Of a DNA stretch of 64,000 bases, positions 11,550 through 25,812 are shown one piece after another. Where the stretch lies: NCBI GenBank assembly GCA_040437565.1, contig JBDOQK010000009.1, forward strand, positions 310,001-374,000. Reading direction: 5' to 3'. Source of the DNA: Albugo candida (taxonomy: Eukaryota). The position numbers were made by a program, and so were the translations under genes. Numbering within the stretch: position 1 is the first letter of the stretch; each line of letters begins with the position of its first letter. The notes under the pieces were generated by a model. The model worked only from the letters and a program-made list of their open reading frames with translations. It did not search any database and was not told where the DNA came from.

Positions 11550-13990
11550 ACTTGGACGGAATTGTTCAGCATCCCTTTGAAATACACAGCTGATGAACAT
11601 ATGCACTATCGCATCTCATCGACATAGTAAAATGGTACAGTGGAAGAGCACATCTTTGTCGTGGAAGTAAATTCTTAAAAAGTGGCAAAAGATGGATTGG
11701 AGTATTATCAGATTTGAGTGTTCTACTACGTCGTCACGACGACATAAAAAATCAAAGTGGTTTCCCTGTGACCAAGCCCTACGTTATAAAGATGCTACAA
11801 GTAATCCGAGTGCACAAATGTTTGGTTCAATCCAGCATGAGGAACGAACTACATCGGCTATTCTGAAAGTTCTTCTCGACAGCATTCGAAATTCGCGGTC
11901 TTCGAGACAAATCTAGAGATTGTGAGACACGGCCTACGAAGGAAGAATTGTCGGGTCAATTTTACAACGAGAAAGGGCTCAATAAATCTATGAACAAAAA
12001 ATGCTGTGTCGACTGTATAATGAAGTCACCAGATACTCCAGCGGTTTTCACTCAGCGATTGGTCTCATCACTTGGATCAAGCTAGAGCGAAGGACAATTT
12101 ATATGCATATAAAGCAAGGAACGGCAGCATTTCCTCATCTATGAAGCTCTTAATTCTTCAAAATCTTTTAGAAAACTTCAAGAGTCATCTTTTGCTGTCA
12201 CATTGGCCATCTCAGGAGCTATCTGCNNNNNNNNNNNNNNNNNNNNNNNNNNNNNNNNNNNNNNNNNNNNNNNNNNNNNNNNNNNNNNNNNNNNNNNNNN
12301 NNNNNNNNNNNNNNNNNNNNNNNNNNCCAGCGGTTTTCACTCAGCGATTGGTCTCATCACTTGGATCAAGCTAGAGCGAAGGACAATTTATATGCAGTAT
12401 AAAGCAAGGAACGGCAGCATTTCCTCATCTATGAAGCTCTTAATTCTTCAAAATCTTTTAGAAAACTTCAAGAGTCATCTTTTGCTGTCACATTGGCCAT
12501 CTCAGGAGCTATCTGCAACAGCAGATACAGAACAAAGTAGAACTTAATGGCTGGCTACATCACGGCAGTTACGAAAACTTATCTGGCCAACATTGAAGAG
12601 ATCAGGTTCCGTTTGGGGTTCAGAATGATGTCAGTTTAGATTTCGCTTGTTGTTTTGCAACGATATTCAGCCCCACATCATATTTTTTTTGCACTCAGCC
12701 TTTCGTGTGGCGCAGTTATGTCTTTTCAGAAACTCATCTCTAGTGCAAGCACAAGACACAACATATGAATGGAGATACTTCCTCTACGGGATCATTTTCT
12801 TCATCCTGAACACGTTGTTAACATATCACATGTGCTATTGTTGTAACGCCGGTAGGAGGAAGGGGGAGGAAGCAAAGGAAGAAATTTGCTGGCGGAGCTC
12901 TATTTGCTAAAAAATGGAAAGTGAGATTTTTAATTAAAGAATCCAAGTTCACCTATCTGATTGGGTAGTCCAGTTTTCCAACTAAATATGAACTATGCAT
13001 GCATGTACAATGGAGGTTGTTACATCCTCCCGGAATTGACTTCTCGTTGTCGCTTCTTGAAATCGGCGATGAGAACATTCCAATGAGCAACATGACGAAT
13101 ATCTTGCTCCCGCTCCCATNNNNNNNNNNNNNNNNNNNNNNNNNNNNNNNNNNNNNNNNNNNNNNNNNNNNNNNNNNNNNNNNNNNNNNNNNNNNNNNNN
13201 NNNNNNNNNNNNNNNNNNNCATGTACAATGGAGGTTGTTACAATTGTGCCAGCGATACGGACGGAATGGATCGACTACAGTATCAGAAAATGATGTCCGC
13301 CTTTTGGCTTGCAATTCATGCGGTGACAATGCACTCCGTCTGGAACGATAGGATTCATTAGTTGGACTATCAGCGGTCAACAACTCTGACTACCCCGGAA
13401 GTTTTTCCGTGATATACATCACGTTTAGTGGGCATGTTCGACACTTTCGAAGGCTGGTGGTACGATAGAACAAACGCATTCAGCTTGCTGAGGTGCTGCA
13501 TCAGCAGCGTAAGGAGCATTCCTTGCTTTTTTGCAGTACTCGAAAACTCATTGCTACGTGCCTGGCCCTGGCAAGTAGAAATGCAAGTGCAACTCCGATC
13601 CAATCCTAGTTGGATGGCTCTGCTCGGACTTAACAATGATTCAAGTCGACATGTAGACGAAACTCAGGGTGCTAGCGTCCACTTTTAGTGACGTGGCAGC
13701 CCTCAAGAGTCACCCGGGTTTGGTTGATTGCATGATTGTTGTGTTAGAAGAGATCGTTTTCTGACAATTCGTCAAGAGTTTGCGCGTTAGCTTCAAGACC
13801 CATTACAGGTAAAGTCCGACCTCACCTGAACGGCGGTTTGGTGATAACGTGACAGATGGGACGAAGGGAGACGTTCACCACGCGGTACCATACGGACGTC
13901 ATGTGAAACGTGACATAGTCAAGTTTGTCATGCCGTTGCACATTCATGTAGTGTTACGATACATGTTTAATGAAATATATATATTTTACT
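11550..13990 (+). mobile_element. Truncated degenerate LINE (3' part of ORF2 + 3' UTR), related to the element at 14040-19290
   Basis: 12058-12180 aligns with 18223-18350 (attggtctcatcacttggatc...); 13240-13510 aligns with 18720-18970. Confidence 0.7.
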
Positions 13991-14039
13991 TTTAGTTCTA
14001 CCTCTATTGAAACAAGTGCAATTCAAATACTTTCAACAA

Positions 14040-17000
14040 TCACACCGCCAGGGTCACCAGACTTATTGCAACCCCTCATCCCATCCTCCAATTGGAAAGT
14101 CATTCATAATCACAGCCACGCGTGGAGTGAAATAGGCATGTCTTTATGAAGCTGGAATGGACTAGTGAAAAACGTAACGGGCTGGAGCCGTTCGCAAAAG
14201 TGCTCTCTAAAGCACCACCACATGCTCTCCTGAAGTTGATCACAAGCAACTACTTTTCTGTCCTCGCAACTATGGAGTTGTAGATCGAAGAAATCAAGCG
14301 GTTGCCATTCCGGAGAATGGAAACCGCATTCAGGTTGTTCCCTTGAAAGCACGGATGCCAAAAGTAGTGGCCAGTTCAAAAGAGGCAGCACACTGTTATC
14401 AGAAGGGTCAGACAAGGGTGGAAAAAGTGGAGCGACCAACCAGAATTGGTTAAATAGGGGAGCTCATGGAAAACGATTCCAAAAATGCCCTCTACCCGCT
14501 CCTCCCGAACAAGCTGGTTCAAGCCGATGCTTGCATCACGTGAGTAAGCTCGTCCAGTTCTGCACCAATCCGGACAAAATCATCCAAACGGAACTTGATC
14601 ATCCGATCACGATTAATGGTGCGCTATTCGCGTGTATGGATTCGAATGATACAGTGTTGGATGAATTGGCGCATCTCCTAATGATTAATCGCGTTTTTGC
14701 AGCTCACAATATCGGCGAAAATGTTACGTTTGCGACGCGATAGAGTCGCCACGTTGGTGTAAAAGTTCCCTCGAAGCGATCTGTCTTGTTCGAGAAAGTA
14801 ATGTCGTAGTGGACGTCATTGCCGGACATAGTTCTCGGTTTGACCCGAGCAATCAAAGCTCTAACCTTCTTGGAAGTCTTATTCCTCAGTACTGCTTCGA
14901 TATTCTGCGCACACGATCATTAAATCCACTAGCTCACCAACGGGCCAGTGATTTGGATGCCGGGTCATCATTGTATTTTACTTCCAACTAATGTGCTCGT
15001 ATCGTTCTTACGCTCCGACGTGGGCATAAATTGTTGGTCTCAATTGTTTGGAGGTAAATGGCGAGGAGCTCTCTGTGTGGTATCGCTGAGCTTTCCGTCA
15101 ATCTTAGATTTGTCCCAGAGGAACATACAACACTTCACCTCTCAGAATGATCTGGCTGATTGCTGCCCCGCTTCAGCGTGAATGCTAAAGGCTCCTTAAT
15201 TATTTCAACGTGGGACAATATTCAGCGCTAACTGTGAAGTTAATGGACTTCATAAATGTGGTAGTGGCGGTGTGATGACAGTCTCTCGTTCGGACTTTTC
15301 TGGTTCTTCAACAGTTGAAGGCCTCACCGAATGAAGCATTCGAAATCATTGTTTGATTTTGCGGTCTTCTCATCCAAGATATACCGTTGTATATTCACAA
15401 TGTATATGTACCGGTCACTGAGTGGTTTTCTATGAGTTATTGCTCTCCAACACTTCTGAATCGACCGCAACGCATCTCGTATTTGGTGATTATAATACAC
15501 CACTCGATCCATATTTTGATGCTTCGAGTGGAATAATTCGACACGAATTAAGTCGATTAGTGTGTTTGGAATGGCTTTCGCAGTTAAAAGTGGTAGACGT
15601 TTGGCGAATCCAACAACCGACTGAAAAAGTGTGCACAGTACCATAACCGCGCAAGAATCGACTATACTACACCTGCGTATCGGAAGAGCTTTTGAATATG
15701 ATGTACGAAAAATCTAAATATTTCCGTCCAAGGCATGCGAGAGATCATCCGGCACAAAAATTAACTTTCGCAAATCCAACTGAATCTCCGGGACGAGTGT
15801 ATTGAAAATGTTCATAACGACTATTTCATTCAAAGCAATCATTTGAGAGCGAATTCGGATCTTCAAGAGTTGTGGTCCGCTTCGAATCCCGGAAAGACGT
15901 GGGAAACTGGAACACGAAAATCATAAAATAGCTTGAAGAATTGAATAAAAACAGATCTGATAGAATTTAACCGCAGCAGCTCGATATCGAACGCAAGACA
16001 CCAATCAGTCATGGCATTTTTACGAATCGGGTCTCGAACGATTCGAAATTTTGTTCGAAAAAAATGCCAAATGCAACCAAGATGTGAGCTTCGACCATCA
16101 CGTGAAACATATGGAGAACTCTTCGCAGCATTTTTTTCACCCTCCGGATAGTTCTTATCCTCGCGTGCCGATCGAAAATCTCACCAAATAATGTGGCAAT
16201 TATTGACGAATTTATATATCATTGGGGTAGTGTCATGGGGTATCTCTACTACTCCGAGACCGACTCAGCTGATCCATGCGAAATAAATAAAAATAGCTAC
16301 TGGATTTGATTCAAGATTCCCTCAAGTCAGAAGAGCAAGACCATCTCTCAACTCGCACAAGTACGACCGAGATGGAGGAACCGATCAAGCACATGAGAAG
16401 TAGTTCCCCTTCAGGTATGGATGGACTAACAGCTGCATTTTATCGGCCTGATCTGGAAACGTTTGGCTAGTGTCTGAAGATCGTTTTCGAATATCAGCTG
16501 GAAAGGGGTATCTTGCTTAGATCACTACGTCACTCGGCTATCACCTTGTTGTACAAAAAAGGATCACAAGGTGATCCTGGAGACTATTGACCGTTCACAA
16601 TGGTTTGCGTCGTTTTGAATGTACTTTCCAAAGCATTGGCGTATCAATCACAACTGTGTTTGCCAAGGTTGATGCATCAAGATCAAAAAGATTTTGTGCG
16701 GCAACGGTTGATGCATTACCACATTTGACATCTCACCGACATACACGACTTGGTCACTCATTGTGGGGAGGAAGCATACGCGACTTTTCTCGACTTTGAG
16801 AAAGCTTGATCGAGTCAACTGGACGTGCATTTTTCGCGTTTTAGAAAATGAGCGTTGGAAAACGCGGTATCGACTGGGTTCGTCTTCTGTACAACAACGT
16901 GAATGCGCAGTTGATGATTTATTGAAAATACTACACCGTCCCTTACACCACAAGGTAGAGTGAAACCAGGAGACCCTCTCTCAGCATTAAGTTTTCTAAT

Positions 17001-19290
17001 GACGATCGAAATTTTGGGGAACTCACTTCGACAACATGGAGAAATGACATTTGGATCAATGGCACTGCTGTCGCAATTGGCTTATTTTTCGCGGACGATT
17101 CGACATTGCTTTAAGGGACACCAAATGGTGTTTTGACGCAACTCGAACTCGCTCAAGTCTACTGCGATGGATCTGGTGCGAACCTCAACCACTTACGCAA
17201 ATTATCCTTGCTCTCGCTGAATCAAACCATGCTGTGTCCTCGTATTCCCAATTTGACCATAATGGGTACGGAGTTTTTGGTCAAGTATTTGGGCATTCCG
17301 TTTGGCCAGACAGCGACTCATTCGATGATTATTTTCAACTCGACAAGCGTTTTTTTTATGGGTTTGGTTTATGGTTTCGAAGTGCAAGAACTGTTTGTGG
17401 CTGACTACTGGTTGCTCAGACGATGCTTTTATCACGTCTGTGGCATTGCACAGTGTACGTGGACATACCAGCAGAGACTATTTGAAAGTGGCAGTCGATA
17501 TTAGACCGATTTGTGCTTAACCAAAATTCGAAACACGCCCACCTACTCAAAGAGAGTGTTTGTATCTTCGCCGACAATATGGCTAACTACAAGTTCGTTT
17601 TTTGGTGCGACGACTGAAGCTACAACGTACTCAATTCTTCCAGCAGTTCGCATTCGATGCGTCGACAACTGCTTCTGCAAATTGGACAATTGCTTCGACG
17701 GAAGTATTACAACGTATACAAACTCCGTTTGGACCACACAAGCCGATGGACATATTCACCATCGGACCGCATCGCCATGGGAAAATGGTTCAACGGGGGA
17801 ACATCTTCATGGTGAAAACGCTCATTTAAAATGTGGCGTCAGATGGATTGGAGCATTAAAGTATCAGATTTGAACGTTCTACAACGCCGTCAATACTACA
17901 CGGCACAACCGATGTGGTCTCATTGCGACCGAGATTTATAATATGAAGTTGCTACTCGTACTCCGAGTACGAAAAACGTTTGATACAACCTTGACGTGTA
18001 GATGAACTACATCGCACCTTTCAAATATCGTTCGCTACAACTTTCGACATCCGAAGTCTTCCAGGGTTTTTTGTAGAAAGCGACACATGGCCAATGAAGG
18101 AAGCATTCGTTGACTAATAGTACAAAGACGAGGAGCTAAACACATCGGGTATAGCTGGAAAAAATTCTCATAGTCGATTTACAATTATGTCGCTCAGATA
18201 CTGCTGCGCGGAAACTTGACAATTGGTCTCATCACTTGGATCCAGCCTAGCTTAAATGAAAGATCGTTTTATGTGCGAGGGCACAGCAAGGAGAGGAAGC
18301 ATTTTTCTCTTGTATTCCAAGCTTTCAACTCTCAAAAATTGTCTTATAATCTCCCAACGAAACCAGACTTCATCCGATCTTGACACATTGGCCATCGCGG
18401 AAGAGATCGGTCGCAGCAGATTTAGAACGGATTCGAGTGTTTATGGAAACAAGAAGGCATATTCGAAAATGTGTCCTTCCAGTCTCAGAAGGTCTACAGT
18501 TTTTTCTTGCCGTTCCGGTGTTCCCAGTTCGATCCCACTTTGTTTCTATGGGATATTCAGCCCGATTTTATATTGTGCACTCATTCTTCGTGTGGGGCAG
18601 TAGAATCCGATCAACATATCTTTCTAGAGTGTCTTCAGACGGCACATTTATAGAGGCAGCTTCTCCCTAGTTTCGATCAGCTCTTTTCATCCCGACCCCG
18701 TCGGCGCATATTGCATGTGCAATTGTGCCAACGCTTCGGCCGGCATGAAATGCATATTCGCAAATTATATCCGACTTATGGCTCGTTTGCAGGCAGTTAC
18801 AATGCACTTCTCCTGAACCGTTAGGAATCGTCGCTTGTTCGGTTAGCGATTAGCAACTCCGACCATTATGGTATTTTCCGTGATCTGCACTACGTTTAGT
18901 GCGCACTTTCGACGGCAGTATTACGACCAAGATGGGCGCGTTCGGCTTGCGAAGGTGCTGAAGCGGCTCGCAACGCAAGGATTATTTAGTGAAGTTTACA
19001 TGGGTCGTCGATCATTGTTGCGGGTCCGACACAGGCAAGTAGAGATGTAGGTGCAGCTCCGATTCTAGTCCTTGTTGGATGGCAACGTTAAGCCTGTGCG
19101 ACGGACATCGATTTGGAAAACACGGTACTTTTGGATAATTTTACATCTGTACACGCTGGACACGGTCTCGCAATGCGGTGGTTTGATACTACCGCAATAC
19201 AGAAGCTTAAGCAAGGTGACACATTATCATGTCTCATAGGTATTTTCACGAAACAATTACTACATGTATATTTATTGTTAAGATAGCCTA
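14040..19290 (+). mobile_element. Near full-length degenerate L1/Tx1-clade non-LTR retrotransposon
   Basis: APE endonuclease motifs (HLVFGDYNTPLD, VVDVWRIQQP). RT motifs (PSGMDGLTAAFY, ITLLYKKG, DFEKA-DRVNW, PGDPLS, FFADDSTL, VKYLGIPF). C-terminal CCHC (CTHSSCGAVESDQHIFLEC). Many stops and frameshifts. Confidence 0.9.
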
Positions 19291-19976
19291 CGCATTCAAA
19301 GAAGTCAATTCGTTAATTTGATAGACACCTCTAGCCGAGCTGGGTCGATCCCTTCAAGTTGTGTGCTTTGGATACTCGTCTATCGCCCAGCGTGGAAAAA
19401 AAAGTGTCCCCAACTGGTGTACAACCCACCAAGCTGAACACACTCATCCAAGTAAAAACATGGGCCTTTGAATGAGTAAGGTGATAACACATTTAAGTTA
19501 GGTCAGGATGAATATTGTCTTTGTTGTGAGATTTAGAAGTTGCACTCTTGCAATAATAGAAGGTTCGAAGTAGTTGCAAACGCACCTTAAAATGAAAAAA
19601 CAGTAGATTACCAAATTTGCTATGAAATTTTGAAATTCCTTTAATGCTCTATCCAGTATATGAGTTCTGATGTCATCAAAAGCTAGCATAAGAGCTTGAC
19701 CATGCTATCGCTATACGCTCACATCGTTCATAACGGCTTTACCGTTTTGCATCACAGTTGGGAGTGGGAGCCAAGAATAATGCTTCTACCAATATCATTT
19801 ATTTACTATGTGCGGTTGCGAACTGACGGACTCCGACAAAATGGAATTATAATGTCGTCCTTTATGACAAGTAGGTAGCACGCTGGCAGCTAGCAGCCAA
19901 TGATATCGAGAGCCAATTCCTATTTACTTTCACTTCTACTAGCTTTTGTCAAGAATTCATTCAACTACAATCCGAC

Positions 19977-22278
19977 ATGAGATCTTGCTTCCCGCTATCT
20001 CTACTAGTTTGTTCCTCTATCACAACGGCAGTACTCGCGTCTAGTGAAGATTCAACAATAACAACATGTATGTCTACTTTATGATACCCTCGCCAATAAT
20101 CATGGCTAATCGTTTTCTAAGTAAGCAATGCGAAGGAAGAGGAGGCAGCATCCACAGGTTTGTCTTCTGCCAGTTTTGCGATGGCACATTTACACGAGTT
20201 CCGTTTGCTTAGTGAACGCTCCTGCGAAATTTCCACTAACATCTACCGTGAAGCGCCGACAAAGATTGAGAAAACGTCCATCAAGCAAGTACCAACCGCA
20301 TTACCCGGTCCTTTCTACCGGGAAGCGGGCTGAAGGATCGATATTTTCTAGTGTGAGCGATATACAAAAGCATGATTAGCGGGTATGCCTTTGTGGTACA
20401 TGCTGAAAACTAAACACTCATAAGAATTTTGTTTTCGACAAACTTTTTTGCATCTTTTTCTACGTTCGGGCAAGATCAAGACCTATCTAACACACGACGC
20501 AAACCAGGCTAAGGGACCGACTTCTGATTTCGAAGTCGACTTTAACTCGGTCATTACAATATCGCGGACTTGTTTGGTTTATATCTCTCACTATTAGAAA
20601 AGTGGACGTTTTAGATCCTTTGTCAAAGTCTTCAAACTTTGTCTCTCTGTGTGTATTAAACAAACTGGGGTGCCAAATAATAGACATGACATTGTGCTAC
20701 AAGCCCTTCCACTACGAGCCATGTTGTCATCGCAACATCCTCTACGGCATTGTCAAGCTCACCGAAGACAATGAGTACATAAATATGCACCTTTCTTACT
20801 ATTTTTTCATATGAGTATGACCCCATCCTCTCAAAGCTGCGGTATTGCAATCGTGTCAAGCGTGATGTCCCTGTTTAAACGGAGATTACAAGATATCTTA
20901 CGCAGTCTGTGTTACACATGAAAGTAGTAAAGGACCGAGAAGATAGGCACCGAATATTATTAAGAGCTTAGGCTACAAATTGTAATTCACTGTCTACATT
21001 ATCTCGACGGCAATGCTCACTGGATGATCATTAAAGCCAGGACCGATCAGAATAGCGATGAAAGGAGGAGAAAGTGTCTTATACAAAATCAAGCCAATCT
21101 GAATCATTCCGTTTTGTGAGATACTCATCATTCTAGATATCATCAATGCAATTAAGACGTTCACATCCAATTGGCTGCAGAATCCGACAGTGACAGTGTC
21201 GCTCGTGTCATTGATAAGTCTAGAAACCTCTAATCTAGCTTGAGCTTGTCGACACCTCTGGAAGCGCGATATTGTTTCCACACGACCACATCAGGACCAT
21301 CTGATACATCATTCAATTGAGCACGAAACACCTTCTATATCATTATTTTAATGCCACTGCTGGACTTCTGATTTTCTCAACATTCGATTCCCTCCGCCCC
21401 CGCTTGCTGCGACGTCCTCAGTATTTTCTATTACATATTCTTAACCACTGCTTACCAGTTGGTTCAATGCGATTATCAATGTGGTCTACTACATTTTGAT
21501 CCAGAAAACCACAATGCAAATAGGAGAGAGTTGGTGGCACGCCTACTGATAGATCTGATGGCTTGTCGATAATCCAAACGAATCGCTTAATTATTGCAAT
21601 CCAAAATCTGCTCCTCATGAATTATCCATCTCATTCAAATGACTCACCCCATCCTCTATATTGGTCTCGAGATTATCTCTCTTATGCGCTCACGTATTGG
21701 AGCAATTTTTAGCGAGACGGCTTCGTCTTGTATTGAGGTGTATACTATACATAGGTGAATTGAACTTGAATCCGATCACTTCAATCATGGTGAGTGGAGC
21801 ATTTCTCATTGTGTTGATTCTTCTTCCTGATACAACTGAATACGTCGTCATCTGTAATCAGATTGTAGATGGTGCCAGTATGGAAACCAATCATAACATT
21901 AGGTGGAAGCGATATGAATGATCTGACATTACTCTCTGTAGACGACTGTAGCATACATGTTCTTGAAAGTCGCAAAAGATTCGAGGAATTGAGAGATAAG
22001 AAGAAAGAGCAGCAAATACGCATGGAAAGAGTGATGCAAGGCAAGTAAATAATCCCACCTGAAGTGAGTCCTCATCTTGTCAAACAGAGTCGTTTGCTCA
22101 AATTGAAGCTTCAGTAAATCGATTGATGCAAATGATACAACGACAATATATGAACTACGAGCAGGATTTCGACAAGGTTACGTGTATTCTTGGCGAAGAA
22201 CTGGCCACACAAAGTGAAATTGAGAAGAAATTGCGTATGATTGCATCCATCATCAACAGTGTTGCTGAAAGCTCAGTA
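19977..22278 (+). pseudogene. Secreted-protein (candidate effector) pseudogene A', paralog of 3185-5739
   Basis: MRSCFPLSLLVCSSITTAVLA signal peptide with the same GTATGT intron position. Collinear homology through to the gctcagtag stop. Removing one base gives a CMRCILYIG motif near 21730. Confidence 0.6.
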
Positions 22279-22489
22279 GTAGCAAGCCAATAAATTGAAA
22301 ATGCTTATTGGCACCAGGTCGCTAATATTCATCATGTGCCTTCCCCATAGGAAAACCAATATATTAACAATCTCGAGTACAATTTTACTACTAGATACGT
22401 ATCTATCTCACATGGAAGGCCTCGTTTAAGTGCAGCAATAACAATTTCAATTGCCAACATTTTGTCGGCTTTTGCACGACGTCGAGAAA

Positions 22490-23450
22490 ATTGACAAATC
22501 AAGAAAAGGGGAGAAGTTAATTCTCGAGTCCGCATTCCTGTCTTTTGCAATTTCTGTACGATCTTTCACGACTTCGGTGAAGGTCAACTCTTTCACGTAC
22601 CTGTAATGGAATGCTCTTTTTTCACATTGCCTCTCAACACTCCAAGATAGATAATGACCTCACGCTTACTGATGAATTATTTCACACTATTTATACCGTT
22701 CCAGATGTTGTCTTCTGTCGCATGCTTTTTTCAAAACATGTGGCACGTTGCGTATCGCACTACTCTGACACTTTTTAATACCTGAGATCTACAAAGCAAA
22801 CATCAGTGAACTCGTGAACTCCGGTAAATGTGATTCCATTTGGAACTGGACTTGCAGATTCATACAAAACGGTTGTAAACATAGTTAATCAATAATGTGC
22901 TATATGCGTGCACTTGCAAGGGGATCGGTCACAAGTGAGCAAGGTGAGAAAATCGCAGATGGACGCTTAACAACGACAGCGTCAATGGAACAATAGACTC
23001 TGACAAGCTTGATTTTATTTTTGTTCATGCAAAATTCACTTCGTAAAGCCCAGCTGTCTGAAACGATGACAATTGAGCCAAGTACACGATGCTTAGGTCC
23101 ACAAGTCGAGACGTCACGCAAAAGAAAAAATCACTTGACAAAATCACGATTTCATCGTCTTATCCATCTCGTGAATTTTGAATAAAAGTAAGCGAGATCG
23201 CTTTTTGTCTAAACGATTTGCATATGACAATTCTCCAGACTTGCTTCAACTGTAGTTCTTGATGCATATCATTTATCGGGGCTCTACTCTTCAAGCCTTT
23301 CAAGTTGTATCATTACCATCACGTATACCTTATGGTGAGTGCAAAAAGGGCGCGTTGGTCGTGTTCAAAATCTCCTATCTGGATGTCCGCCAATCGCGTA
23401 TCGGCTCAACAACAACTAGCATGTAAGACCTCAACACTATAAATGGCACA
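22490..23450 (-). pseudogene. Degenerate gene B', paralog of 9720-10480
   Basis: Shared blocks such as cttactgatgaatta..tcttctgtc.catgct; translations KHRVLGSIVIVSDSW vs KHSVLESIVLVSGSW. Confidence 0.45.
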
Positions 23451-23500
23451 TTTAAAGCTACAATGATTCAAACATGAAATACTAGGGTCAAAATCGAAAT

Positions 23501-23536
23501 TCAATCAAGTGGTGGAAAATCAATCAAGTGGTGGAA
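23501..23536. repeat. Short tandem duplication (tcaatcaagtggtggaa x2)
   Basis: Identical 17-mers at 23501-23517 and 23520-23536. Confidence 0.85.
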
Positions 23537-24701
23537 TGCACTGCGGTGGGGTGTTAACGTAGTAGGCTCGAGAATTGTCCCTCTACATGTAACTTAATTT
23601 GACGGTGCCATATCAAGGAGGAAGGAAGGTGTGACATTTATGCCTATTCGCTGCTTGTAACGGACCACGCACTTAACTAAACGTAAACGTTAAAATTCAA
23701 CAGAGCTGGAACAAAGTTGCCTGCCAACAACAGTTGCCTATATGTCAAGTTTATCTGGACGGATAAAGTACGAAATAAAAGTAAAATCCTTGTTCGTCAA
23801 TGTTGCGCTCAGGCACTTTGAATGAATTTTTTATTAGTGTGTATCGAAGTGGCGCATAATTCCTTGCGTACAAGGTCAAGTATTTGCAAACATTCTGTAA
23901 AGCGAATTCTTTGCTTTTGAATTTTCCTGCTTCAGTCAGTATCGGACGTGATGTTGCACGTATGTGTCCGCAGTACCATTATTTTGGTACCACTAAATCA
24001 TTGGCTCTGCATGGCCAAAACAGCTCGTATTACATCAATTTTCAAAATGAATGCCACTTTACCAGCTGTCATGTCTCGTGGCTAAATGCACTCTTCGTGC
24101 TTTGCTTGAGGCAATCTATGCATGTGCAGTTAAAAAGCAAGGCAAAAATCAATTTTCGTTCTGTCAGACTGATTGCCCAAGTTCACAATTGAATGGAGAG
24201 AGAATTCGCTATCTTTGCACTGCCTCTGGCGTGCAAAGAGTAACTTCGATCGACCGCTTTTCTGCCGATCACGTCAACGAAAGCGTCTAATGCTGGAGGA
24301 GACGCAGGGCTTAAGCTCGATCCAATGGCGATGAAAGCGGAGATTCAATCCTTGGAGATTTTCAATAAGTTTTGGAATGAGTACATGTATCAAAATTGCA
24401 CTATCTTTCCATCCGCTCTCAAATAACCAATAGAGTGAAATGATATACGCAGTGCAGAGAGAGATAGTTTTACAGTGCATTATCGTTGCGCTGAAGCTTC
24501 TACTTCACTCGCATGCACTAGAATTAACATCTTATCAATATCTGATGCTTATTAATACGCGTCAAGTAGCTGGTGGTGTAGCTAAATCAGCTCGGAAATC
24601 GCTTGCAAAATCGATTTAAATCGTCGTTTGCGTGTATTCAATTGGTCATAAACAGTAAAAAATGAATATAGACCAATAAAAAAGCTTCATTTTTGTGCTG
24701 G

Positions 24702-25757
24702 ATGGACGCGTTGCAAGCTATTCTTCGAACCAAAAAACGCGAATTCGCCTCCATTCAGGCTGAAAAAGCTCGAAAAAACGGAAAATACTTGCGTCGATCG
24801 GAGATAGAAGATATACTACATAATAAAGAGACTTCTACACCATCTGACAATGGGGATAAAACTGCTATTTCGACAAAGACTGACTCTCTTTTTGAATCTA
24901 ACGCACACGACATTTCACAAAGTTGTACTAAAAACGACCTGAACGGTGGGGAAAATGCCAATTTCAATCACTCATTTACAACACTCTCGTGGGTGGAACT
25001 TAAACGTCGCTTACGCGAGCTATCAGAGCCTGTGACACTCTTTGGAGAAGATCGACACGATCGAATCGCTCGTTTGCAGAGAGTTGAGCACGAGTTGATA
25101 TCAAAGGATGATGACGCACTAGGTCAAGGTCACGACATACAGAACAATTTCCTTCGAAAATACAAAGAAGAGAGACATCAAAACGATGAACATGAAGAAA
25201 ATCGACAAGACGAAGAGCCTGACGATCTCGATATAACACGCGGGAATAAGAAGAGTGACACTGAAGAAGGCGACATGGAAGAATCCAACCCTCATCTCAC
25301 AATCTATCGATTTTTTAAGAAAATGTTGCGCTCTTGGGAAAAAGACTTGGCGAATCGACCGGAAGATGTCAAAAGAACGATACAAGGCAAAATCGCGTCT
25401 AAAACGCTCAAACAGTGCAAAGACTATATCCGCCCATTATTCAAATTGTGCAAATTGGAACGTGTTCCAAATGACATTTTACCAAATTTGGTGGAAATTG
25501 TCAAATTTTGTCAAGCAAAGGAGTTTGTGCAAGCGAATGACGCGTATATCCGTTTGGCGATCGGGAATGCGGCCTGGCCTATCGGCGTCACGATGGTTGG
25601 AATTCACGAGCGAACTGGAAGAGAGAAGATCAATGCGAACAAGCAAGCGCATGTCATGAACAATGAAGGCCAACGAAAGTACTTGACATCGGTCAAAAGG
25701 CTGATGACATATTGTCAATCTATTTCCAATGTATTACCGTCGAAAAAAGTTTGCTAA
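24702..25757 (+). CDS. PRP18: Pre-mRNA splicing factor 18
   Basis: PRP4-like SFM motif (LKRRLRELSEPVTLFGE) and the Prp18 signature AIGNAAWPIGVTMVGIHERTGREKI...KYLTSVKRLMT. ATG at 24702. Confidence 0.95.
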   Translation: MDALQAILRTKKREFASIQAEKARKNGKYLRRSEIEDILHNKETSTPSDNGDKTAISTKTDSLFESNAHDISQSCTKNDLNGGENANFNHSFTTLSWVELKRRLRELSEPVTLFGEDRHDRIARLQRVEHELISKDDDALGQGHDIQNNFLRKYKEERHQNDEHEENRQDEEPDDLDITRGNKKSDTEEGDMEESNPHLTIYRFFKKMLRSWEKDLANRPEDVKRTIQGKIASKTLKQCKDYIRPLFKLCKLERVPNDILPNLVEIVKFCQAKEFVQANDAYIRLAIGNAAWPIGVTMVGIHERTGREKINANKQAHVMNNEGQRKYLTSVKRLMTYCQSISNVLPSKKVC

Positions 25758-25812
25758 AACAAAACACTGATTCCTACCAGTTGAACGACTTGACCATACG
25801 ACGACAAAGGGT

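Noticed and set aside
12038-12516. Direct repeat resembling LTRs
   Set aside because: Gap-flanking overlap (1-nt difference) within LINE sequence.
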